46,044 nt of DNA from Candidatus Hydrogenedentota bacterium (GTDB taxonomy: Bacteria; Hydrogenedentota; Hydrogenedentia; Hydrogenedentales; SLHB01), in contig JARKSN010000208.1 of NCBI GenBank assembly GCA_029974275.1, positions 1 to 46,044 on the forward strand, given 5' to 3'. Shown here one piece after another: positions 1-10,066 of this stretch. Every line of letters begins with the position of its first letter. Position 1 is the stretch's first letter. The notes under the pieces are model-generated. The model was given only the letters and a program-made list of their open reading frames with translations. It did not search any database and was not told the origin of the DNA. The translations under genes were made by a program, and so were the position numbers.

Positions 1-125
1 ACTACTGAAAAACACACGAATCTCCCTTCTTCTTTATGGGGTATGTGGGGCGGGGCGCCAACGACCAAACGAAAAGGGGAAGCAAATCACAAACGAGCCA
101 AGGTCTGCCCGGAACTCAGATTTTA

Positions 126-164
126 ATGCGATAGCCCTGAACCAACCTGACAGGGTCATCGCAT
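126..164. mobile_element. Two abutted ISAs1-like terminal inverted repeats (IS/MITE ends)
   Basis: ATGCGATAGCCCTG (126-139) and CAGGGTCATCGCAT (151-164) match 12/14 as inverted repeats around an 11-bp spacer. CAGGG termini are characteristic of ISAs1-family ends. No transposase in the window. Confidence 0.45.
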
Positions 165-246
165 GTGATTCTTGTTTTTGTTCATTGCTTGTGGTGCGTG
201 GGTTTGGCGCGGAGACTGGATGTTGATCAAGACGCGCTCGCGAGCG

Positions 247-1149
247 TCACTTCATCATGAGCAAGCTTAGCGACATGACCAACATGCCGGCTACGAGGCC
301 AAACAGGCTGTCGTGTCCTTTTCCGTAAGCCCGGCTTGTTGGCAGCAATTCGTCGAGGCTGATGTAGACCATGATGCCGGCCACGCTTCCAAAGAGCATT
401 CCCATGGCCAGTGGCGATACAACCGTTTCGTCTCCGGCCGCAAAGAGACGGAGGGCGCCATACGCGGCAATCGCTCCGACGGGTTCGGCAAGGCCGCTCA
501 GCAGGGAGTACCAAAATGCTTTGGTGCGGTTTCCGGTGGCGTAGAAGATGGGCACGGACACGCTGATGCCTTCGGGAATGTTGTGCAGGGCAACGGCCAC
601 GGCAATGGCCACGCCAAGGCTTGGATCGTGCAGGGCGGCAAGGAAGGTGGCGAGGCCTTCGGGAAAATTGTGGATGCCAATGGCCAATGCCGTGAACAGG
701 CCCATGCGCATCAGTTTTTGATGGTGAATTCCGTGATCATGGGAGCCAAGGGGCGGCGGGGCCGCGCTGGTCGCGCTTGCGCTAAAATTCGGATACGGCG
801 CGGATGGATCGTGCAACGGCGAGGTTTCTTCTTCCGAATGGGTTTCGTGGGGGTTGTCGGCGGCGGGGATCATGTTGTCGATCAGGCCTATCAGCAGCAT
901 TCCGCCAAAAAAGGAAGCCGCGTTGATCCAATGCGCCCAATACTCTCCATACCGTTCCGCAATGGCTTCGACGCCCTTGAAGAAAATTTCCACGAACGAT
1001 ACGTACAGCATCACTCCGGCTGAAAATCCCGTTGCGACGGAAAGGAATCGGTAGTTGGTTCTTTTGGCGGTGAATGCGATGATGCTGCCGATTCCGGTGG
1101 CCAGTCCCGCGAAAACCGTCAACCCCAACGCGATCCATACGTCTTTCAT
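247..1149 (-). CDS. zupT: ZIP-family zinc transporter ZupT (GufA-like)
   Basis: HNFPEG and HNIPEG ZIP signatures, [23 protein letters not shown] and a His-containing loop. ATG at 1149 follows an AGGTG RBS. Confidence 0.93.
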   Translation of the reverse strand: MKDVWIALGLTVFAGLATGIGSIIAFTAKRTNYRFLSVATGFSAGVMLYVSFVEIFFKGVEAIAERYGEYWAHWINAASFFGGMLLIGLIDNMIPAADNPHETHSEEETSPLHDPSAPYPNFSASATSAAPPPLGSHDHGIHHQKLMRMGLFTALAIGIHNFPEGLATFLAALHDPSLGVAIAVAVALHNIPEGISVSVPIFYATGNRTKAFWYSLLSGLAEPVGAIAAYGALRLFAAGDETVVSPLAMGMLFGSVAGIMVYISLDELLPTSRAYGKGHDSLFGLVAGMLVMSLSLLMMK

Positions 1150-1376
1150 GGTTTGCACCTATTGCGGCGGCGATTGGTTTTCGCGCGTCGTGGCATGGGC
1201 CTGTTCCCTCGTGAGCATGTGACAAGCGCGTCATTCTATCGCGTCGCCGTGGCGGATGGAAATCGCCCGTGTTCCTGGCATCCTGATTTTGGGGGGGAGT
1301 GTGTCTTGGGGATTCGGTTGCGTTCGTTTTGTGTGCGGATATGTGCCTGTTCTGGGGATCGGGGCGTGGGGTTGTT

Positions 1377-1404
1377 TTGACTTCTTTTTGGATTTTGCTA
1401 TAAT
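1377..1404 (+). promoter_or_regulatory. Sigma70-type promoter of the mre operon
   Basis: TTGACT (1377-1382), 16-bp spacer, TATAAT (1399-1404) with extended -10 TG. Confidence 0.65.
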
Positions 1405-1624
1405 CGTCTGGTTTGTTGATTCCATAACTGCCGTTTCTCGCATGAGTTATGTGGCGACGGCGTCAGCATGGCAGGGTCAAGCGCCGCGGTTTCGCGCCGA
1501 GTGTTGCGATGACAGCGGGCTGTAGCGGCGGCCTGTCCCGTCCGGCGTTTCCTCGGGGGCGCATTGCGCTTTGCGAGCGGCGAGATGTACAGGGTTGTCC
1601 TGATTCCGATAGGGAGGGAAATCG

Positions 1625-2653
1625 GTGTTCCAGTTTTTGAAGCATTTGCCGGGGCTTTTTTCGCACGACATGGGCATAGATTTGGGCACGGCCAATACGT
1701 TGGTGTATGTGCGGGGTCAGGGCATTGTGCTCAGCGAGCCGAGCGTGGTGGCGATAAACAAAGACACCGGCAAGGTGCGCGCCGTCGGCAACGAAGGCAA
1801 GAGCATGATCGGACGTACGCCGGGCAACATCGTGGCGATTCGTCCGATGAAGGACGGCGTGATCGCGGACTTCGAAATCACCGAAGCGATGCTGCGGTAT
1901 TTCATTCAGAAGGTGCACAATCGCAAACGGTTGGTGTCGCCGCGCGTGGCGATTTGCGTGCCGAGCGGCAGCACGGCGGTCGAGAAGCGCGCGTTGACGG
2001 ACAGCGCGCAGCAGGCGGGCGCCAAGCGGGTGTATACGATCGAGGAGCCGATGGCGGCGGCGATTGGCGCGGGTCTTCCGGTGCATGAGGCGCAGGGTTG
2101 CATGATCGTCGACATCGGCGGCGGCACGACGGAGGTGGCGGTGATCTCGCTGGGGGGGATCGTGTTCTGCAAGTCGGTGCGCGTGGCGGGCGATGAGATG
2201 GATCAGGCGATTATTCAGCACCTCAAGCGGACGTATAACATGTTGGTGGGCGATCGCACGGCCGAGGAGATCAAAATCGCCATTGGCAGCGCGTTTCCGT
2301 TGAAGGAAGAGCTGGAATTGCAAGTCAAAGGCCGTGACCAGGTGATGGGGCTTCCGAAGATTTTGACGATCACGTCGGAGGAGATTCGCGAGGCCTTGCG
2401 CGAGCCCGTGAGCGCCATGGTGGATGCGGTGCGCGTCACCTTGGAGCGCACTCCGCCTGAGTTGTCCGCTGACATCGTGGACCGAGGCGTCGTTTTGGCG
2501 GGCGGCGGGGCGTTGTTGCGCGGTCTGGATCAGCTTCTTTCCAAGGAGACCGGTCTGCATTTTTCCGTGGCGGAGGATCCGTTGACGGCGGTGGTGCTGG
2601 GCACGGGCCGCTATCTGGAAGGCCTTCGAAATTTCCGGGACGACGAAGCGTAG
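1625..2653 (+). CDS. mreB: Rod shape-determining protein MreB
   Basis: [32 protein letters not shown] and LAGGGALL actin-like ATPase motifs; first gene of the mre cluster. Confidence 0.98.
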   Translation: MFQFLKHLPGLFSHDMGIDLGTANTLVYVRGQGIVLSEPSVVAINKDTGKVRAVGNEGKSMIGRTPGNIVAIRPMKDGVIADFEITEAMLRYFIQKVHNRKRLVSPRVAICVPSGSTAVEKRALTDSAQQAGAKRVYTIEEPMAAAIGAGLPVHEAQGCMIVDIGGGTTEVAVISLGGIVFCKSVRVAGDEMDQAIIQHLKRTYNMLVGDRTAEEIKIAIGSAFPLKEELELQVKGRDQVMGLPKILTITSEEIREALREPVSAMVDAVRVTLERTPPELSADIVDRGVVLAGGGALLRGLDQLLSKETGLHFSVAEDPLTAVVLGTGRYLEGLRNFRDDEA

Positions 2654-2656
2654 ATA

Positions 2657-3586
2657 GTGTCACTTTCTCGGCGCATAAGGGAGAATCGTCCGGCGGTGAC
2701 GTTGGGCGTGCTGGTGTTGCTATCGTGCATCACGCTGGCGTCGGGCTCGCGCGCCACGTTTCTTTCCGAATCCGCCAAGCTTGTCGTGACGACGGTGGCG
2801 CATCCGTTTTGGCGGGCTTTTCAAGGGGCGGAGCGTCTGCAAAAGCGGTTGACGGGATTTGTGACGTCGTATGGGGCTGCCCAGGAGGAGGCGGCGCGGT
2901 TGCGCGCGCAGCTTGCCGAGCAGACGGAGCTTATTCGCGAGCGGAATGAGTTGAAGGCGGAGAATGCCCGGTTTCGGGAGATGTTGTCTTTTGTCCGGGA
3001 TGAGCCGCGTTTAACGCTTGAGCCGGTCAGCGTAATCGCCCGCGCCGAGAATCAGGGGGCCATTATCGTTGATCGGGGCGCATGGCATGGCGTGGAGGAG
3101 TCCATGTGCTTGATTCGCCCTGAGGGCGTCGTCGGCATTGTGACGAAGGCCAATCCGCTCAACAGCATCGTATTCACCGTCCATCACGTGAATTTCAAGA
3201 TTGGCGCCATGGTCAAGCGGAGCCGTGTGCGGGGAAGCGTTCACGGCAGCGGGAGCGGCTTTAGCAAGGCCGTTTGCACCTTGCAGTATATTGATGCCAA
3301 GGATGACGTTCGCCGCGGCGATCAGGTCGTGACGAGCGGGGAGGGCATGTTTCCGTCGGGCTATCTTATTGGAACCATTACGGAGATGTCGCAGGAGGGG
3401 TATTTGCTGCGAACGGCGACGGTGGAGCCGGCCGTGGATCCGTATCGGATTGATGAGGCGTTTTTGGTGCGCCGGGCTCGTCCTGCGCAGGAAGAGCTTG
3501 CGGGGCCGATGCCGGCCCGGGCCGAGTCGTCGGCCATGGGCGCGATGCCGGAGGCGCCGTCTCTTCAAGAACGGTATGCGCCATGA
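2657..3586 (+). CDS. mreC: Rod shape-determining protein MreC
   Basis: N-terminal TM helix, coiled coil (ELKAENARFREML), IIVDRG and GDQVVTSG..FPSGY.IG motifs; directly after mreB. Confidence 0.93.
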   Translation: MSLSRRIRENRPAVTLGVLVLLSCITLASGSRATFLSESAKLVVTTVAHPFWRAFQGAERLQKRLTGFVTSYGAAQEEAARLRAQLAEQTELIRERNELKAENARFREMLSFVRDEPRLTLEPVSVIARAENQGAIIVDRGAWHGVEESMCLIRPEGVVGIVTKANPLNSIVFTVHHVNFKIGAMVKRSRVRGSVHGSGSGFSKAVCTLQYIDAKDDVRRGDQVVTSGEGMFPSGYLIGTITEMSQEGYLLRTATVEPAVDPYRIDEAFLVRRARPAQEELAGPMPARAESSAMGAMPEAPSLQERYAP

Positions 3587-4107
3587 AAATCGGGATGGGA
3601 ATGCGTAGAAACGCAGGGTGGGCGCTGGTCGTGGTGGGCGCGGCTTTGTTTCAGACTACGTGGATGGATGCGATTCGTTTTTTGGGCGCGACGCCTGATC
3701 TCGCCATTTTGCTGGTGGTGTTTTTCGCGTTGGTTGATGGGGAAGAGCGGGCGATGTACACGGGGCTGTTGAGCGGCGTGTTTCAGGACGTGGCCGGCGA
3801 CGTGGTGTTGGGGCATCATGTTCTGGCGCTGGTGCTGGTGGCGTATGCCGCGGGGCGGTTCACGAAGCGCTTGGTGACGGATCATCCCGCCGTCAAGGTT
3901 CTGCTGGTGTTTATTGCGAGTCTGTTGTATGGGGTCTTGTTCACGTTTATTTTGTTTGTTCAGCAGCCGCAGATTCCGGCGTTCGGCATGATTCTGACGC
4001 GCGTGATACCGGGGGCTTTTTACACGGCGTTGGGCACGCCGATCGTGTTTTTGTTGCTTGATCGTTTGTTTGCTCGTTGGCTGGTGCCGCGTGGAGCGAA
4101 TGTGTGA
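3583..4107 (+). CDS. mreD: Rod shape-determining protein MreD
   Basis: Hydrophobic 174-aa protein with PDL and G..QD motifs; ATGA overlap with mreC. Confidence 0.9.
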   Translation: MKIGMGMRRNAGWALVVVGAALFQTTWMDAIRFLGATPDLAILLVVFFALVDGEERAMYTGLLSGVFQDVAGDVVLGHHVLALVLVAYAAGRFTKRLVTDHPAVKVLLVFIASLLYGVLFTFILFVQQPQIPAFGMILTRVIPGAFYTALGTPIVFLLLDRLFARWLVPRGANV

Positions 4108-4108
4108 C

Positions 4109-6082
4109 ATGACCGCCCCAATTTCCCGGAAAAAGCGTTACGAAGGTTTTGAGCGGCGCATCGTTTTGTTGGGGATGGTTTTGGTGGCGGCTTTTGGCGT
4201 TTTGTTGGCGCGGTTATGGCACATGCAGGTGATTCATGGTCCGGCGTATGCGCGGGAGGCCGAGGAGAACCGGTTGTATGTGGAGCGCCTGAGATCGCCG
4301 CGCGGCATTATTTATGGACGGAACGACGGCATTGTTCTCGCCGATAACCGCGCTGCGTGCGACATTGTTCTGGTTCCGAAGGAATGTGGCGATCCCGGCG
4401 CGGCGGCGCGGCGGTTGGCGGAAATTTTGCGGATTGACGCCGAGGATTTGCTCAAGCGTATCAAGGACAATGGCCGCAAGCCGTATCAGCAGGTGATTGT
4501 CAAGCAGGATGTTTTCAAAACCGATCTTATTCGCGTCGAGGAATTGTCGTATGCGTTGCCCGGCGTCTACACCATTGTCCGGCCACAGCGAAGGTATCTC
4601 TATGGAAAAACGGGGGGGCATCTTCTGGGGTATTTGGCCGAGATAGGGCCGGAAGAGTTGAAGCAGTCGACCGAGAACGTCATGGGCGATTTGGTCGGCT
4701 GGGCGGGTCTCGAGATGATCTACCAAAGCCAGTTGCGGGGCCGAGACGGTCAGTTATGCGTGAGCCGGTATGCGCAGGGGACGCCGCAGATCCGCACCGA
4801 TGCGCATGGCACGCCGTATGTGGTTGCGGACGATTTGGGCCGCAAGCTGGAGACGGATTATCGGGAGGATCCCATACCGGGCAAGCCGCTTCGGATTGTG
4901 TTGGATATTGGGCTTCAGCGCGAGGCCGAGCGCTTGTTGGAGGGGGAGGTCGGCGCGATTGTGGCGTTGAACGCGGAGAGTGGAGAGGTGCTGGCGATGG
5001 CGAGCGCGCCTGGATACGATCCCAGCGTGTTCGTCACGGCGGGGCAAGCGCGGCAGCGGATCGCCTTGCTGAGCGATCGCAAGCAGAAACCCATGCGCAG
5101 CCGGTGTTTTCAGGAGGTGTATCCGCCGGGTTCGACGTTCAAGGTGATGCTTGCCGTTGCGGCGCTTGAAGAGGGCGAGATCGATCGGAACACGACCTTT
5201 TCGTGCGGCGGGTTCTTTCGCCTTCCGGGGGTGTCGCGTCCGTGGCGGTGTTGGATGCATGATCGCGGGGGGCACGGCTCGGTCAACGTGGTGGACGCTT
5301 TGGCCTATTCGTGCGACGTGTTTTTTTATAACGTCGGGCTCAAGCTTGGTCCGGAACGCATCAATTTGTGGGCCGCTCGCATGGGGCTTGGCGTTCCTTC
5401 GGGCATCGATTTGCCTTCCGAGGCCGTCGGCATTGTGGATTCGCCGGAGGCCAAGCGGAAGCGGTTTCAAAAGCTTCATCCCAAGGAGCCTTCTGAATGG
5501 AAGTGGTATCCGGGCAATACCGTCAATCTTTCCATCGGGCAGGGGGCCGTCGCGGTGACGCCGTTGCAGAATGCGATCATGATGGCGTGCATTGTCAATG
5601 GCGGCAGACTGGTGCGGCCGTATTTGAATCGCGATAGGGGGCCGTCTGTTTCGGAGCCGTTTATCAGCGAGCGGACGATTGCAATTGTCGAGGAAGGCAT
5701 GCGGAAGTGCGTGGAGAAGGATGTTCCTCCCAGCGGAACGGGCAAGGAGGCGCGCATTCCCGGCATGATTGTCCTGGGCAAGACCGGCACCGCTCAGGCC
5801 GTTGGCACGCAACACTATGCTCAATATAAGGGGAAGGCGCGGGAGAAAGACATTCCGTATGAATTGCGCGATCATGCTCTTTTCGTGGCGGGCGTTCTGG
5901 ATCGGTCTCCGCGTCTTTCCGTGAGCGTCATCATCGAGCATGGTTTGCACGGCAGCAGCGCCGCCGCGCCTATCGCCCGCAAGGTCATCGAGTATTTTTA
6001 CGCGCATCATGTCCCCGAAGCGGACGATCCGGAGGAGCCGTCTTTGGACGTCGCCGGCACGGAGGGGCCGTCGCGTGGATAG
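4109..6082 (+). CDS. mrdA: Penicillin-binding protein 2
   Basis: PRG.I dimerisation-domain start, YPPGSTFK (SxxK), SCD and KTGTAQ motifs; located between mreD and rodA. Confidence 0.96.
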   Translation: MTAPISRKKRYEGFERRIVLLGMVLVAAFGVLLARLWHMQVIHGPAYAREAEENRLYVERLRSPRGIIYGRNDGIVLADNRAACDIVLVPKECGDPGAAARRLAEILRIDAEDLLKRIKDNGRKPYQQVIVKQDVFKTDLIRVEELSYALPGVYTIVRPQRRYLYGKTGGHLLGYLAEIGPEELKQSTENVMGDLVGWAGLEMIYQSQLRGRDGQLCVSRYAQGTPQIRTDAHGTPYVVADDLGRKLETDYREDPIPGKPLRIVLDIGLQREAERLLEGEVGAIVALNAESGEVLAMASAPGYDPSVFVTAGQARQRIALLSDRKQKPMRSRCFQEVYPPGSTFKVMLAVAALEEGEIDRNTTFSCGGFFRLPGVSRPWRCWMHDRGGHGSVNVVDALAYSCDVFFYNVGLKLGPERINLWAARMGLGVPSGIDLPSEAVGIVDSPEAKRKRFQKLHPKEPSEWKWYPGNTVNLSIGQGAVAVTPLQNAIMMACIVNGGRLVRPYLNRDRGPSVSEPFISERTIAIVEEGMRKCVEKDVPPSGTGKEARIPGMIVLGKTGTAQAVGTQHYAQYKGKAREKDIPYELRDHALFVAGVLDRSPRLSVSVIIEHGLHGSSAAAPIARKVIEYFYAHHVPEADDPEEPSLDVAGTEGPSRG

Positions 6083-7217
6083 CATTGTCCGGGAGCGCAA
6101 CATTCTTGACGCTCGCATTGGCGTTGTGAATGTTCGTAATTTGCGTCGCGTGGACATTGTGTTTGTCGCTCTTTCGTTGGCTTTGGCGGGCGCAGGGCTG
6201 CTGGTGTTGTACAGCGCCAGCGTGGGGTCGTCCTCCGAGGCGCCGTATTATCTCAAGCAATTTGTGTGGTTCTGTATCGGTCTTGTGGTCGCTGCGGCGA
6301 TCGTCTGCATCGACTATCGTTTTCTTGTGGCGATGGCTCCTGCTTTTTACGTTTTATCGGTCGGCAGTTTGTTGTTGGTCATGCTTTTTGGCGCTGAAGC
6401 GAAAGGGGCCGAACGTTGGCTTCCGATCGGACCGTTCAAGTTTCAGCCGTCCGAGATGAGCAAGCTGGCGCTGGTGTTTATGTTGACGTGGTATCTCAGC
6501 GCTTTTCAGGATCGCATCCGTAAGTTGCCCATGTTTCTGTTGGCCTTTGTGATTGCGGGCATCCCTCTTGCTCTCATCCTTAAGCAGCCCAGTCTCAGCA
6601 CGGCGATGGTTCTGATCCCGATTGTTTTTGTGATGTTGTTCGTCGCGGGGTGCCGGTGGTGGCACATGGTCGCGATCGTCTTGTTGGGCTTTTGCGTTAT
6701 TCCCTTTGGTTGGATGCATATGGAGGATTATCAAAAGTCGCGCGTGACCACGTTTCTTGATCCTACTAGCGATCCCAAGGGAAAGGGATGGCAACCGATT
6801 CAAACCAAGATCACGGTGGGAAGCGGCGGTCTTACCGGCAAGGGTTTTTTGCAGGGGACGCAGACGCATCTCAAGTTTCTGCCCGAGCATCACACGGACT
6901 TTATTTTTTCCTTGTTGGCCGAGGAGATGGGTTTTGCCGGCGCGGCAGGGGTTTTGGCCCTTTTTTTGCTATTTTTGCTGCGGGGCTTGATGTTGGCGCG
7001 CGATTGTCCCGAGATGTCCGGCGCGCTGTTGTCCATTGGAGCGTTGACGATCCTGGGATTCCACGCTTTCATCAACATCGCGATCACCATAGGGTTGATG
7101 CCGGTGACGGGTCTGCCGTTGCCTTTTTTGAGTTATGGCGGTTCGTTCTACCTTACCACGATGATGTGCGTGGGCGTTCTGTTGAGCGTGCAAGTCAGGG
7201 GCAAGTATCTGGGATGA
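6075..7217 (+). CDS. rodA: Rod shape-determining protein RodA (SEDS glycosyltransferase)
   Basis: GAERW, FQPSEMSK, LPEHHTDFIF and PVTGLPLPFLSYGGS SEDS motifs. GTG start at 6075 inferred after GGAGG. Confidence 0.96.
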   Translation: MDSIVRERNILDARIGVVNVRNLRRVDIVFVALSLALAGAGLLVLYSASVGSSSEAPYYLKQFVWFCIGLVVAAAIVCIDYRFLVAMAPAFYVLSVGSLLLVMLFGAEAKGAERWLPIGPFKFQPSEMSKLALVFMLTWYLSAFQDRIRKLPMFLLAFVIAGIPLALILKQPSLSTAMVLIPIVFVMLFVAGCRWWHMVAIVLLGFCVIPFGWMHMEDYQKSRVTTFLDPTSDPKGKGWQPIQTKITVGSGGLTGKGFLQGTQTHLKFLPEHHTDFIFSLLAEEMGFAGAAGVLALFLLFLLRGLMLARDCPEMSGALLSIGALTILGFHAFINIAITIGLMPVTGLPLPFLSYGGSFYLTTMMCVGVLLSVQVRGKYLG

Positions 7218-7254
7218 CGTCCTGTCGCGGACCAGAAAGGAGCCGAGTCGTTTT

Positions 7255-7908
7255 GTGGGCGTGATCCGGGCCAAATTTGCGCGCGGCATGGAAACGCGCT
7301 GTTGGACGCAGCAGGAGTTTTTGGATTCCATTCATCGTGCGCTGGAAGCCTGCGCGGCGCCGGTGGTCCGTAGCGCCGGGCAGCGGGGGCGGTTCCGGAT
7401 GATGGCGGGGCCTCCGTTGTCCTTGGGCTACATCAGCCGGTGCGAGTATATTGATTTTGACATGGCGGAGGCGCTTACGGCGGCGGCTTTGGGGGCGCGG
7501 CTTCGGCCATGCTTGCCGTCGGGGGTGACGTTGTTGTGGCTGCGGCGGCTTCCGGCGCAGGCGCTCGGCATCAAGGCGGCGGTGAGGGGATTCACGTACC
7601 GTGTGGGGGGGGCGTTTTCTCCGGCGCGTGTGGCGGCGTTCCGCGCCGCCCCAACGTGGCCTTGGGTGCGCAAAAAGCCGGGCGGGGAGCGTATACTGGA
7701 TTTGAAGAAGAGCGTTGCGCGGCTGGAGGCGTTTCCGGACGAGTTGTGGATGGATATCGTCGTGCGGGAGGAGGGAACGCCCAAGCCGACGGAGGTCCTT
7801 GCGGCGGTGTTTACGGTCGCGGAGGACGCGATGCATGAATGGGTGATGGAACGCATCGCCATGCGTTTTGCGCCGGAGTTCCGGCCTGGGCATGGCACAG
7901 GGAGTTGA
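7255..7908 (+). CDS. Divergent TIGR03936/DUF2344-family (radical SAM-associated) protein
   Basis: R.KF.RG...HRAL....P...S.G...GPPLSLGY.S..EY.D pattern and C-terminal KP.EV; the rodA-rng position is typical for this family. Confidence 0.7.
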   Translation: MGVIRAKFARGMETRCWTQQEFLDSIHRALEACAAPVVRSAGQRGRFRMMAGPPLSLGYISRCEYIDFDMAEALTAAALGARLRPCLPSGVTLLWLRRLPAQALGIKAAVRGFTYRVGGAFSPARVAAFRAAPTWPWVRKKPGGERILDLKKSVARLEAFPDELWMDIVVREEGTPKPTEVLAAVFTVAEDAMHEWVMERIAMRFAPEFRPGHGTGS

Positions 7909-7909
7909 T

Positions 7910-9424
7910 ATGAAGGAAATTGTCATAAACGTCACGTCTTTGGAGACGCGCATCGCGTTGATGGAGGACAAGCGTCTCGTCGAGCTTTCGATCGAGCGCA
8001 GCGAAAACCGCAGCGTGGTCGGCAATATTTACAAGGGCCGCGTGGATTCGGTGGTGCCGGGCATTCAGGCGGCTTTCATCGATATTGGGTTTGAGAAGAA
8101 CGGTTTTTTGTATGTGTCGGACATCGCGGGCGCTGAGGGAACGGGCGATTTTGATTTTGAGGAGGGGACCGCCAAGCCGCGCGCGCGCAAGGGCAAGCAG
8201 CCGGGCATCGAGACGATCCTCAAGAAGAACCAGAGCATCATGGTTCAGGTGAGCAAGGACACGTTGGGCACGAAAGGCGTCCGGCTCACCAATTATGTGA
8301 CGCTTCCGGGCCGGTATATCGTGCTGATGCCGACGGTCAAGCATTTGGGCGTGTCGCGCAAGATTGAAAATGAGAAGGAGCGCGATCGCCTCAAGAAGAT
8401 CATGCAGGAGGTGCGTCAGCCGGGGGTGGGCATGATCACGCGCACCGCCGCCGAGGATAAATCCAAGGCGGAACTGCACGCCGACATCAAGTACTTGATG
8501 AAGATATGGCAAAAGAGCAAGAACAAGATGGAGTCGATGAAGGGGCCGTGTTTGTTGCACGAGGATTTGACGCCGGTGCTGCGGTTGGTGCGTGACACGT
8601 TCACGAACGATATTGACAAGCTTACCATCGACGATGAGCAGGAGTATGGCCGCATTCTCAATTTCTTGGACAATTTTGCGCCCAGTCTCAAGAAACGCTG
8701 CAAGCTTCATAATGTGAAGAAGCCGATTTTCGAGAAGTTCGAGATTGAGCCCGAGATTCAAAAGGCTTTGAACCGCAAGGTCTATCTGAAGAGCGGGGGG
8801 CATATTTGCATCGATCAGACCGAGGCGCTTGTCGCCATCGACGTCAATACCGGGCGGTTCACGGGATCGAAGCATCTTGAGGAGACGGTTTTTAAGACGA
8901 ACTTGGAGGCCGCCGACGTGATTGCCCGGCAGGTGCGCTTGCGCGATCTCGGCGGCATCATCGTCATCGATTTCATCGACATGCAGTACGAGCGTAATCG
9001 CCGCGAGTTGATCAAGCGTCTTCAGGACGCGCTCAAGGACGATCGCGCCAAGACGACGGTGTCGGAAGTCAGCGAGCTTGGCATGATCGAGATGACTCGC
9101 AAGCGCGTGAAGCACAATCTCATCAAGGCGCTGTCGCAGCCGTGTCCTTACTGCGAGGGGATGGGGCTTGTGCGATCGGTGACGACGATGACGGCGACGG
9201 TTTTGCGGCAGCTCGAGAATCTATTCTGTCACACCAAGGAGAAACGGATCATCGTGCAGGTCCATCCCGACGTGGCCCGCCGTTTGCGTCATGAGAGCAA
9301 GGAACTTCTTGACGACATTGCGGCGCGTTTTGATCGCGAGATTCAGGTCGAGTCCGTTTCGGATTTTCACATCCACGACATCAAGGTTGTCAGCGCGCGC
9401 ACGCGGAAAGAGATTACCGTTTGA
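7910..9424 (+). CDS. rng: Rne/Rng-family ribonuclease (RNase G-like)
   Basis: GNIYKGRV..V.PG.QAAF S1 domain, IDVNTG, RLRDLGGIIVIDFIDM and CPYCEG; short form without the RNase E C-terminal scaffold. Confidence 0.94.
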   Translation: MKEIVINVTSLETRIALMEDKRLVELSIERSENRSVVGNIYKGRVDSVVPGIQAAFIDIGFEKNGFLYVSDIAGAEGTGDFDFEEGTAKPRARKGKQPGIETILKKNQSIMVQVSKDTLGTKGVRLTNYVTLPGRYIVLMPTVKHLGVSRKIENEKERDRLKKIMQEVRQPGVGMITRTAAEDKSKAELHADIKYLMKIWQKSKNKMESMKGPCLLHEDLTPVLRLVRDTFTNDIDKLTIDDEQEYGRILNFLDNFAPSLKKRCKLHNVKKPIFEKFEIEPEIQKALNRKVYLKSGGHICIDQTEALVAIDVNTGRFTGSKHLEETVFKTNLEAADVIARQVRLRDLGGIIVIDFIDMQYERNRRELIKRLQDALKDDRAKTTVSEVSELGMIEMTRKRVKHNLIKALSQPCPYCEGMGLVRSVTTMTATVLRQLENLFCHTKEKRIIVQVHPDVARRLRHESKELLDDIAARFDREIQVESVSDFHIHDIKVVSARTRKEITV

Positions 9425-9464
9425 GGCGTTTTGCGCGCGCGTGATATCCGTCGTCCGCAGGGGG

Positions 9465-10064
9465 TTATGTCATTGGCGCTGTTCCGGGGTAAACGGGCGT
9501 CGCTGGGGGCGGGCGGAGGGCTTGCGCCAATTTTTCCGTTTGCGCGAGGTTCGCTTCGAGTTCTTTCACTTCATTGGCGTCGGGCATGATTCGTCTGGCG
9601 TTGGCGGCGGCCTCGCGTCCCGAGGCCAGGAGCGGCTGAATGTCCTCCAGCGCGCCGCCGTTGTCGAGCACCGCCATGATCTGGCGCAGGCGGATTTTGC
9701 CGATGTCGATGTGGCAGATCATTTCGAAGTACGCATCCGAGAAACGGGCGATAGGGCTTTTTTTTGCTTGTTTGGCGAACAGATGCAGCGCGGTTTCGAG
9801 TTCGCCTTGGGCTACGGCCAACCATGGTTTTGAGGCGAATTGAAAGCACCGGGCCAGGTAGTAATGCGCGCCCGCATCCTCCGGATCGTCCAAGAGCCTT
9901 TGTTTGAGAACGGGGATCGCTTCGTCAAACTTTGCATCGAGAACCAGGGTTTCGGCCTCTTGCATCAGGTTCCGCTGTGGAGGCGTGTGGCATGCAAGGC
10001 CGATTCCGGCAAGTAAATATGCGGCCGCGAGAAAGCGGCGTCTATTCTCGCGGCGCGCATTCAT
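9465..10064 (-). CDS. TPR-containing putative lipoprotein
   Basis: RRRFL...LAGIGLAC signal peptide with lipobox; TPR-like DPEDAGAHYYLARC; starts 2 bp after the upstream stop. Confidence 0.7.
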   Translation of the reverse strand: MNARRENRRRFLAAAYLLAGIGLACHTPPQRNLMQEAETLVLDAKFDEAIPVLKQRLLDDPEDAGAHYYLARCFQFASKPWLAVAQGELETALHLFAKQAKKSPIARFSDAYFEMICHIDIGKIRLRQIMAVLDNGGALEDIQPLLASGREAAANARRIMPDANEVKELEANLAQTEKLAQALRPPPATPVYPGTAPMT

Positions 10065-10066
10065 GG

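Noticed and set aside
1410..1624. About 215-nt leader before mreB as a riboswitch or sRNA
   Set aside because: GC-rich local hairpins only; no recognisable aptamer or terminator. An Rfam scan would be needed.
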